DNA of 42,466 nucleotides from a virus (taxonomy: Duplodnaviria; Caudoviricetes). A program made the translations under genes and the position numbers. Below the pieces are notes generated by a model. That model saw only the letters and a list, made by a program, of their open reading frames with translations, was not told the DNA's origin and searched no databases. The stretch spans positions 1-42,466 of the IMG/VR virus record IMGVR_UViG_3300033145_000490. One strand, written 5' to 3'. Shown here one piece after another: positions 35,115 through 42,466 of this stretch; position 1 is the first letter of the stretch; the number at the start of each line of letters is the position of its first letter.

Positions 35115-38071
35115 ATCTTTTGACTTTGACCTCCGACTGTTACAACAGGAATCAAGGTTGTTATCGTTATAGGTAGTGGATCGGACTGCCTGATAAACAT
35201 TTTTGCATTACTCGAAAAACCACCGCCTAAAGTAGCAGGAATATCACCCGAGTAAAGAGAATCCAAATCATACCCGCTAATAGCGGCATAATTCAAAGAC
35301 TTTAGATCACTTGAACTTACGCCTATATTTCCACCTTGAGAATTTATTACCCTAAGCATAACCTTAGAAATCTTTGATTTTCTACTTTGGATCGTTCCCT
35401 CTTCCGTCGTCATATCAACATTTAAACTTTCAAAATCCGCATTATAAGGCAAACCCACCTGGACTACGAAAGCTTCTGCGTCTAAAGTAATCTGTCCATT
35501 GGCTACGACTTGTCGATCCTGAACAACCCCATCCGCCAGAATAGCCACGGTTTTACCGTTAAGATGTTCTAAACCCGTTATTGTATCTGTAGCTATAATA
35601 GAGTCATAGGTATAGCCCGAATCAACAAAAAATTGATCCTCTAGGTCAGTCGAGGCATTTCTGTCTTGCATTATTTCTATATGCCTTATCCCTGCCCTAT
35701 TTACAACTACCCATACTTCATCATAGTTATCGCCTCTGATTACAGAAACCGATTCAAACAAATCATCCCCATCATTAGTATCATGCCAAGTCCAAGCTAA
35801 AACTTCCTGATCTTTCATATAGGTCATTGACAATAGTTTGCCATCATCCCTCACAGCCCATAAAATTCTATCAGGATTCTGCTGATAATCCATCTCCGTA
35901 ATTTTATAATTTGTAAATAAATGATTAGAATAAGGAGTTAAATCATCTCCTATAAAACTATCAGAATATAAATCAAAGCCTAAATCTCTAACAATAGAAC
36001 CTGTTGATTGAACATAGATTGCCCTGTTTCCGATTATTACAGGTCTTGTGCCGTAAGAACCTTCCCAACCATGAATCCTATTTTGTATTGTAGTAGGAGA
36101 TATTGCTCCAGAGATAGAACGTACGCTACACTCATTAGAAAGCGTAAGCATAATCATCTCAGTAAAAGATACTATCCCATTGATACCATTTACTTTCCTG
36201 GACGGCAAAGGAGAAGAAATCCCGTCAGAAGCAACCAACGGAGAACTCCTCAAAAAGCTAGTATAATTTCCTGTTTCTGTCATCCAATACGTTTGTGGTT
36301 CAGTATATGTATTAGCGAACACCAACCTATCATCTGGATGAAACTCAACCGTCGAAGGCCATCCCCTTAACGGAGACCAAGAACCCTCCGCCCAATCCGC
36401 TGTGGCATCTGTGGATCCTAAGTTTCTCTTAACAGTAGCGGTAGCGGTAATTCCGTTTGCAGCTACAGCAGTAATCTTGGCTATTCCTATATGAGTATAA
36501 GGATCTGAAGATAAATTAACACTACAAGTTCCACTACCAAATACCGTGCAATTTATTCGTATTTGAAAAGGCTCCGCATGGTTAGACATATCTTCTGTGC
36601 CAAAAGTATCAACATTAAAATCATCTGCGGAAGAAAACTCTCTAAGCATAGTCCAGTTTGAACCACCATCTATAGACTTTTCTATTCTTATGGTTGCAGT
36701 CCAAGTACCATGGGTAATCAAACGCCATGTCCCTCCACAGGTTATTGCACTTTCCGCACCCGTACCTGTTATATCAGCAGAGTCAGCTTGGCCTTCTATA
36801 AAATGTCTCAACTCATACAAAGCCCCTACTGAATCGCTATAATCAAAAAGAAAACTTGCCGCTGTCAATGTTACTGATCCTGTGAGAGCAGAGGCGGCTA
36901 TGGTATCTGCTGCGTCTATATTGCCCAACTGAAATGGGCCTCCCTGATAATCGTAAGCCACTATCTGCCAACTCGTAGCAGAGAGTCTTTCTAACTGCAT
37001 AGGAGCATGATCTGGATGAGTAATATACAACACATCGGCAGACTGGGTAAAATTAAGGTTTGGCAATTCGGCTTCTAGATAAGGAGTGGCAACTTCTATG
37101 GGTTGAAGTGATGTAGCGTAAGCACTCGTAGGAGGAGAAAAATTTTCTGTCCATCTGGCTATGCCTTTTGAAACTCTTACTTCATCTATCCAACCATTAA
37201 CATAATCCTGTGGAACGCCTAAAGCACCTATATATAATGTTCCAGTGAAGTCAGTAAGAGTAGCAGAATAAGAACCATCCGTGAGAGTTAAATCCTGAGA
37301 AATTCCATTTATAAATATATACCAAATATTACCATTTCTAACTATTGCTATATGATACCAAGTATCTACCGATGGTGTCCAAGTGCATCTAAAACTTACA
37401 TCTGATACTCCACCATTATTTGAGTGGAAAGTTAATAAATGATTTGCGTTATCATAATTTATATCCCAACCGTGAGTAGCATCTTCAAATTGGTCTATAA
37501 AACGACAATCCTGCAAACCGTTGAATCTACCCCAAAAATCAATAGTAAGATCACCCGCCCCGAAATTCCAATCATTTGAATCTGGAAGCGTAACATAATC
37601 AGAATCACCATCTAAATGCAAGCTCGCCCCGCCGAACTTAGATTGAGCGGTATCTAGTTCGGCTGTTCCTACAAAAGTATAAGCTCCTGCTATTGGATCG
37701 GTATAAGCTGTAGCCCCATCAGAGCCATCAAAATGACTGGCGGTTTTGATAAAATCGTCCCAACCGTCTGCGCCGACTACCTGTCCACCATTAGCAAATA
37801 TCCTAAAATATTTATTGCCAAATTCAAGATTATAAGTCTGAGTCGTAGAGAACTCAAAGGGGATAAGCCTAACTGCCTTTCCGCTGTATTTACTAGTTGC
37901 TATATACTTAAACCCTGGTCTATTTGATATACCCCCATGCCTATGAACTATAAAGTTTCTAAGCTTTCTAGCCCCTATTGAATATTTAGCTAGGTCTACT
38001 CGAGAGTATAACGCAGGAGCAAGTTCTCCTCCAGCAAATGAAGTTTTGATTCCAATTACAGGTTTTGGCAT
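35111..38071 (-). CDS. Tail tubular protein B (nozzle) with an inserted LamG domain
   Basis: SFAGGELAP..RVD..KY, HGG..RPG, QSADVLY, GWPS, YQQNP..LW.VR.DG, AWTWH, GLEHLNGKTV, VGLPY. Confidence 0.9.
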   Translation of the reverse strand: MPKPVIGIKTSFAGGELAPALYSRVDLAKYSIGARKLRNFIVHRHGGISNRPGFKYIATSKYSGKAVRLIPFEFSTTQTYNLEFGNKYFRIFANGGQVVGADGWDDFIKTASHFDGSDGATAYTDPIAGAYTFVGTAELDTAQSKFGGASLHLDGDSDYVTLPDSNDWNFGAGDLTIDFWGRFNGLQDCRFIDQFEDATHGWDINYDNANHLLTFHSNNGGVSDVSFRCTWTPSVDTWYHIAIVRNGNIWYIFINGISQDLTLTDGSYSATLTDFTGTLYIGALGVPQDYVNGWIDEVRVSKGIARWTENFSPPTSAYATSLQPIEVATPYLEAELPNLNFTQSADVLYITHPDHAPMQLERLSATSWQIVAYDYQGGPFQLGNIDAADTIAASALTGSVTLTAASFLFDYSDSVGALYELRHFIEGQADSADITGTGAESAITCGGTWRLITHGTWTATIRIEKSIDGGSNWTMLREFSSADDFNVDTFGTEDMSNHAEPFQIRINCTVFGSGTCSVNLSSDPYTHIGIAKITAVAANGITATATVKRNLGSTDATADWAEGSWSPLRGWPSTVEFHPDDRLVFANTYTEPQTYWMTETGNYTSFLRSSPLVASDGISSPLPSRKVNGINGIVSFTEMIMLTLSNECSVRSISGAISPTTIQNRIHGWEGSYGTRPVIIGNRAIYVQSTGSIVRDLGFDLYSDSFIGDDLTPYSNHLFTNYKITEMDYQQNPDRILWAVRDDGKLLSMTYMKDQEVLAWTWHDTNDGDDLFESVSVIRGDNYDEVWVVVNRAGIRHIEIMQDRNASTDLEDQFFVDSGYTYDSIIATDTITGLEHLNGKTVAILADGVVQDRQVVANGQITLDAEAFVVQVGLPYNADFESLNVDMTTEEGTIQSRKSKISKVMLRVINSQGGNIGVSSSDLKSLNYAAISGYDLDSLYSGDIPATLGGGFSSNAKMFIRQSDPLPITITTLIPVVTVGGQSQKI

Positions 38072-38353
38072 TTATGCCTCGTCTAATATGCTTTGTTTAT
38101 CTTTCCCATCTTTAACTATTTCACCTTTCTTTAATTCCAGCGAAACTCTTTTGGCGTATCTTGTATCTTCCATCCCGCTTATCCTACCCTTTGCCACAAA
38201 AGAAATATTATCGTCGACTTCTAATTTTAATCCTTCAATAAAGTCTAAGGGCAAATTAATCTCAGGGTAAATTATTCTGTTCTTCTCTGATTGAACTGTC
38301 CCAGGACTATCATACAACTGACTTGACTTCTTGCCTAAATCCTTCATTGCCAT
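38072..38353 (-). CDS. Small virion-module protein
   Basis: MKDLG...YP.I.L pattern; between tail tubes A and B; strong SD. Confidence 0.65.
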   Translation of the reverse strand: MAMKDLGKKSSQLYDSPGTVQSEKNRIIYPEINLPLDFIEGLKLEVDDNISFVAKGRISGMEDTRYAKRVSLELKKGEIVKDGKDKQSILDEA

Positions 38354-38364
38354 GGTTCTCCTCC

Positions 38365-38979
38365 TTATCCTCTTGAATCCGCTATATATGATTTTTGGTT
38401 AGCAGTATTTTTTTCTTTACTCTCCATGCTGCTTTGTCTCTGCGCCTCACTTATCAATGTATTAAAAATGGCTATCTCTTTAGCCTGAGTGCCTTCGTCG
38501 GCATTAAGTGGAATAGCAATATTAGAAGCCAATATATGAGAGAATGTTTGTATAAAATGAGAATCGAATTGTGTGGTATCAATAATATAATGAGTGTATT
38601 CCGCATAGGCATCTTCAAGGTTTGTAACTATCACCTGTTCGTCCTCACTCGCATCATACATTATCTTGAAATCATAACCTATATTAAGTTCGATTGCTTC
38701 CCCGTCAAAAATCTTCCTTATCGCAAGACAATCAGCAGGATAGTCGTACGCATAATCATATACTAACGGAGTATATGTAGCTTCGACCAAAGCGAGATGC
38801 ACCTTAGCAAAAGACCAGTTAAATCCCCTCAACGCTGCCTTTAAAGATGGTACCCATTGTCGATTTAGTGCTTCAGCTTGAATCGTACTATCTGCATCAA
38901 GTTGAGCCTGGGTTACTTTAGTTTGTGCAATATGATCTAACGCCAAATTACCGATAATAAGGTTGACTACACTCTCCAT
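38365..38979 (-). CDS. Tail tubular protein A (adaptor, T7 gp11-like)
   Basis: NLALDHI, LRGFNWSFAK, YAYDYPADCL, FD..F...LA..IA.PL. Start moved to 38979 (SD GGAG). Confidence 0.88.
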   Translation of the reverse strand: MESVVNLIIGNLALDHIAQTKVTQAQLDADSTIQAEALNRQWVPSLKAALRGFNWSFAKVHLALVEATYTPLVYDYAYDYPADCLAIRKIFDGEAIELNIGYDFKIMYDASEDEQVIVTNLEDAYAEYTHYIIDTTQFDSHFIQTFSHILASNIAIPLNADEGTQAKEIAIFNTLISEAQRQSSMESKEKNTANQKSYIADSRG

Positions 38980-39956
38980 GATACCTCTCCTTTTATTTTT
39001 TGCGTGGTATAAGCCAAAAAAGCTAATAGCATAAATACGCAATGGATCTGTCTTGTAGGAAAATATATAGCCATATTAAGAGATATTATTAATAGAGAAA
39101 ATAAAATAAACCAATCTTTCCTCCACAACTTTATAACCATATATACAAATGCGGAAAAAACCAACCCAAACCCTATACTCCCAAACTCGAATAAGATTTG
39201 CAACCAGCAATTATGGGCTGTATAAAATACGCCTCTAGTGGTAACTCCGTGTTCTGCCAATACAGGAAATAATGTTTTATAGGTTGACATCCCAAAACCA
39301 ACTACCGGATGAATTATAGATAACTTAAGCGTATCTATCCATACAGGAAGCCGGATAAGAGAAAAATAATATAAAGAACGATCCCATTTAGCATAAAATC
39401 CTACCAATGAGGCTAAAATAATAATTGACAACAAGGATACTATCTTATTCTTAAATATCTTAGGCTTGCATAATGCAAACAACAGGCAAACTGCAATAAT
39501 TATAAAACTCTTAAACTGCATTAAATTGCCTATTACTCCCCAACACTCCGGTTCCTTAGCTCCAAAATTCAACAATGTATCGTAACCTATTTTCTGCATT
39601 AAAAATAAAAAGCACTGAATGAGAATAATAATCTTCAGTGCGTTAATTACAGGTCTCCAATCTCTCAGATTGAGACACAATATGTAATAATAAATCCCAA
39701 TAATAAAAACAACGTATGCGGTAAAAGATATGTAAGGTGCTCTACTTAAAAAACAATTAACAAGGGCATATATAGCTATAATCTTTACAAACTTACTTAC
39801 GTCCAAAAATAGAGTATATAATCCTGCGAACCCTGTTAAGAGAACCAACCAAATCCAATAGTTGTTACCAACCATAGGGATCCGAATATCCAATGGTGGG
39901 TACAGGGCAAACAAAACGATTGGCAATGTAACCAATAAACTATGTATTTTTTTCAT
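38967..39956 (-). CDS. O-antigen ligase / O-oligosaccharyltransferase family (Wzy_C) membrane protein
   Basis: About 10 hydrophobic segments; RLPVW...HPVVGFGMSTY...AHNCWLQILFEFGSIG signature. Confidence 0.88.
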   Translation of the reverse strand: MKKIHSLLVTLPIVLFALYPPLDIRIPMVGNNYWIWLVLLTGFAGLYTLFLDVSKFVKIIAIYALVNCFLSRAPYISFTAYVVFIIGIYYYILCLNLRDWRPVINALKIIILIQCFLFLMQKIGYDTLLNFGAKEPECWGVIGNLMQFKSFIIIAVCLLFALCKPKIFKNKIVSLLSIIILASLVGFYAKWDRSLYYFSLIRLPVWIDTLKLSIIHPVVGFGMSTYKTLFPVLAEHGVTTRGVFYTAHNCWLQILFEFGSIGFGLVFSAFVYMVIKLWRKDWFILFSLLIISLNMAIYFPTRQIHCVFMLLAFLAYTTQKIKGEVSWRV

Positions 39957-39964
39957 AGTTGTCT

Positions 39965-39994
39965 GGGAGAGAAACTAATTAAAGTCTCTCTCCC
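39965..39994 (-). promoter_or_regulatory. Hairpin with UUAAUU loop just upstream of the Wzy_C gene
   Basis: GGGAGAGAGACT-TTAATT-AGTTTCTCTCCC. Confidence 0.55.
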
Positions 39995-40001
39995 TTAATT
40001 A

Positions 40002-40469
40002 TTATTGGTTAACAGTAGCTCCATACGTCCCAATTACAATCCAACCTGTAGTATCATCAACGTAGTATAATGTTATAGACTCGCCTGCTGCGTCCAATGT
40101 GAACGTCGCAAAACCTGATGTCGTTGCAGGTGTCACTACACTACTTCCACTACCTACCAATACAGAACAGTACATAGTAAATACTTGTCCTTGTACCCCG
40201 TCGTCTAAAACACAAGCCTGAGTAGTATTCGGAACAACTTTGGCCATGACTGTATACGACGAAGAAATATCTGCAGCAGTAGAAGAAGCTGTACTCGCTC
40301 CCCCCCTATTAAATCCTACATGAAGAAAATCATAGGGCAACTCTCTACCTAATAACCTAACTCGGTCTACACCTCCCCAGTTGTTAAAATTAGTAGTAGA
40401 GAAAGCGAGAGGAACAACGAGAAAAACTAGAACTAACAGCACTAACAGTGAAATAAGTATTTTTTTCAT
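40002..40469 (-). CDS. Ser/Thr-rich head-fibre or decoration-like protein with signal peptide
   Basis: Leader MKKILISLLVLLVLVFLVVPLAFS; C-terminal L.DG..GQ...TLDAAGESITLYY...GWIVIG; follows the capsid and cement genes. Confidence 0.72.
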   Translation of the reverse strand: MKKILISLLVLLVLVFLVVPLAFSTTNFNNWGGVDRVRLLGRELPYDFLHVGFNRGGASTASSTAADISSSYTVMAKVVPNTTQACVLDDGVQGQVFTMYCSVLVGSGSSVVTPATTSGFATFTLDAAGESITLYYVDDTTGWIVIGTYGATVNQ

Positions 40470-40489
40470 ACCCCTCTCCGTTTAAATTA

Positions 40490-40513
40490 GAGGGGAGAAA
40501 TTAATCTCCCCTC
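40490..40513 (-). terminator. Hairpin after the capsid and cement genes (UUAAUU loop)
   Basis: GAGGGGAGA-TTAATT-TCTCCCCTC followed by TAATTT. Confidence 0.55.
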
Positions 40514-40521
40514 ATTGTTAA

Positions 40522-40950
40522 TTAAAGCTGCTTGTCTAATGTCTTACCAGTATCGAGAACGATTCTTGCATCCATCGCTCCTGAATCCATAGCTGCGCTG
40601 AAAGTAAAATACACTCTCAGATAACGTAATGCCATTGGTGGTATCACAACATCTAGAAGAACTACACCTTTTGCTCCTGCTGAAGTTGCTGCTCCTGCTG
40701 CGATGGTGATAGTTGGCCCTACAACCAACGTTTTCAGATTACTCGCAAATCCATCATCATCGTCTGTTTCCAATTTTGCTATGATAGTTCCACCGCCTGT
40801 ATCAACATAAGCAGTTCCGATTTGGACTTTGATTCTTGCACCTGGAGCTATTGCATCACCAAGAGCAAGAGTATCAACGTAATCCGTTGAAGCACCAGTA
40901 TCCAGAATTGTTTGCCCGTCGGCCATTACTAGATCTTTATCAATAATCAT
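40522..40950 (-). CDS. Capsid cement protein (Bbp16-like)
   Basis: MIIDKDL..DGQ...ST..VD, LETDDD..F, RYLRVYFT; directly after the major capsid gene. Confidence 0.85.
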   Translation of the reverse strand: MIIDKDLVMADGQTILDTGASTDYVDTLALGDAIAPGARIKVQIGTAYVDTGGGTIIAKLETDDDDGFASNLKTLVVGPTITIAAGAATSAGAKGVVLLDVVIPPMALRYLRVYFTFSAAMDSGAMDARIVLDTGKTLDKQL

Positions 40951-40999
40951 GTCTCTGTCCTCCCTATTATTAGTTTTAACTTATTCTTATGCTTAATGC

Positions 41000-42019
41000 T
41001 TAGGATATTGTAGCTTCGTCGTTAGCAATTTCATCAATCCTTCTTACTGGAACACCTTGAAACTTCAAGGTCGGTCTGTTTAATCCAGAGATCGGGCCAA
41101 GCATATTCTCTAAGGTGATGTAAACATTCGACTTATTATTCATCTTAACCCTTAACATAGCTCTTACTCTATTGTTGCAATAAAACACTGGTCGAACCAT
41201 TCCGCCAGGAGGTAACTGATCTAACGCCTGAGACATAAGTTTTAACAAGTTGGCTGAGGAATCTGAAGTGTCTCCGGATGTTTCTAAATCAGAGATGTCA
41301 AGGTTGCATATACGGACTACATATCTCCAATCCTTTACTGCTATACCACACTTCCATTGGAAGTGAGTTCTATAAGCCTGAAACGGTCTATTGTTGGAAT
41401 CATAAACTGTCTGTTCACCTAGATCGTTTACCTGCAAACCAGCTTGAGAACCTTTAGGGAATATCCCCATGACTGTCGAAGTAGACCAGCCAATCAACCA
41501 CACTGATGTATTATCTGAGTTTGAACCACCACCATTAAAAACATTGTCGTCCACGGATGAACCTGAAAGGGTGTAATACCTTGGTGCTAAACCGATAAAC
41601 TTCTCTGGATCTACAGAAGTATCTCCGTAAATCAGAGTTGTTGCAAACAGCTGATTCATTGCTTCGATGTGCGCCTGGTCTTCTGTGAATCTAAACTGTG
41701 CGGTATTGCCGTTCAACAGAGCTAAATCTTTGTCTATCTCAGAGTAGGCTTCCATCATGCCAACCGTCTCTACGAGCTGATTGGTTGTTGACTTGGTTCT
41801 AACAACGCCTTGATTTAAAAGTCTCCAAGCAATAGTGGGTAGCGCTCCTCGAACAGTCACTTTGTGACCTGTAGGAAGATTACCTTCCTGCCAAGCAATA
41901 TCGTCGAGAATATCGTTGTAACGTGTTAATAGCTCTACAACGGTAGCGATTTTGCCATCAGGATCCACCCTTCTTGCCCAGTCTAATAGCGTTACTTTAT
42001 CGTTAGTTAATACACTCAT
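41000..42019 (-). CDS. Major capsid protein (BPP-1 Bbp17-like)
   Basis: TLLDWARR.DP, EGNLPTGH..TVR..LP...WR.LNQGV, YGD....PE.F.GL.PRY, W.CG..V.DWRYVVRI.N, F.GVPVRR.D. Confidence 0.95.
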   Translation of the reverse strand: MSVLTNDKVTLLDWARRVDPDGKIATVVELLTRYNDILDDIAWQEGNLPTGHKVTVRGALPTIAWRLLNQGVVRTKSTTNQLVETVGMMEAYSEIDKDLALLNGNTAQFRFTEDQAHIEAMNQLFATTLIYGDTSVDPEKFIGLAPRYYTLSGSSVDDNVFNGGGSNSDNTSVWLIGWSTSTVMGIFPKGSQAGLQVNDLGEQTVYDSNNRPFQAYRTHFQWKCGIAVKDWRYVVRICNLDISDLETSGDTSDSSANLLKLMSQALDQLPPGGMVRPVFYCNNRVRAMLRVKMNNKSNVYITLENMLGPISGLNRPTLKFQGVPVRRIDEIANDEATIS

Positions 42020-42052
42020 AATATTTCCTCCTAATTATTATGTCCTACCTAA

Positions 42053-42352
42053 TTATGCTCTACCTTGGTTTGGATACATCACATCTGCTGCTGATTTTCC
42101 AGCATCAGACTCTACACTCTTTCCATCAATTATCTTATCTTCTGAGATGGATCTTCCTATTTTGATGAGGTCTTTGATTACAGAAACATTATTAGACAAA
42201 CCTGAAGCGTTCAACAGCTCTATCGTTTCCTTAGACAAAAGACTATTCCTTACCTTGGCTGCGTAAGCAATCTCTTTCTTATAGTCAGCACCCAATGCCT
42301 TAACAGTCTCTTCTTTGGATTCCTTTAAGAACTTATTGAAGCTCTCAGTAGA
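42053..42352 (-). CDS. Capsid scaffolding protein, C-terminal part
   Basis: In frame with 462..1 across the junction. Ends ...GKSAADVMYPNQGRA directly upstream of the major capsid gene. Confidence 0.8.
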   Translation of the reverse strand, partial: STESFNKFLKESKEETVKALGADYKKEIAYAAKVRNSLLSKETIELLNASGLSNNVSVIKDLIKIGRSISEDKIIDGKSVESDAGKSAADVMYPNQGRA

Positions 42353-42466
42353 AACATCTGATGTAGTTTTCTGATTCTCAATGAAAAGATCAATGAGCTT
42401 CTGAGCGTGTACCTGAGAAAGCCCTGCCTCCTTAAATATTGGAGTAGCCTTATCCGCTAATACCTG
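42353..42466. repeat. Terminal direct repeat, right copy
   Basis: Identical to 1-114. Confidence 0.97.

Noticed and set aside
140-42266. Plus-strand ORFs in the track (e.g. 140..505, 3862..4290, 23080..23649, 41952..42266)
   Set aside because: They lie antisense to well-supported minus-strand genes, have Ser/Phe/Leu-rich shadow composition and show no recognisable motifs.

Overview
The window is a complete, circularly assembled tailed-phage genome. Bases 1-114 are repeated exactly at 42353-42466, giving a unit length of 42,352 bp. Every credible gene is on the minus strand; the plus-strand ORFs in the track are shadows. The virion module is podovirus-like (BPP-1/T7 type): TerS, TerL with an intein, portal, Bbp19-like protein, a scaffold crossing the junction, major capsid, Bbp16-like cement, tail tubes A and B, ejection proteins and fibres. 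A near-consensus sigma70 promoter at about 20015 opens an early region: HTH-HNH, SLT, two PD-(D/E)XK nucleases, an SMC-like ATPase, a cold-shock protein, a replication initiator with iterons, three DNA methyltransferase genes or remnants, RusA and many small ORFs. I saw no integrase, tRNA, CRISPR array or reverse transcriptase. Most striking observations: (1) five late, virion-type proteins carry Sec-like signal peptides, and an O-antigen-ligase/O-oligosaccharyltransferase (Wzy_C) gene sits inside the head-tail operon, suggesting periplasmic export and glycosylation of virion parts (hypothesis). (2) A perfect 40-bp inverted copy of part of a gene is inserted into that same gene and frameshifts it. 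(3) TerL has a Val-initiated class-3-type intein in its Walker A motif. (4) Two attenuator-like leader RNAs share an architecture, and three promoters appear to make leaderless mRNAs. (5) There is an MT-A70/Dam chimeric methyltransferase and an ADP-ribosyltransferase-like cassette in the large ejection protein. All family calls come from recognising motifs by eye, not from database searches.
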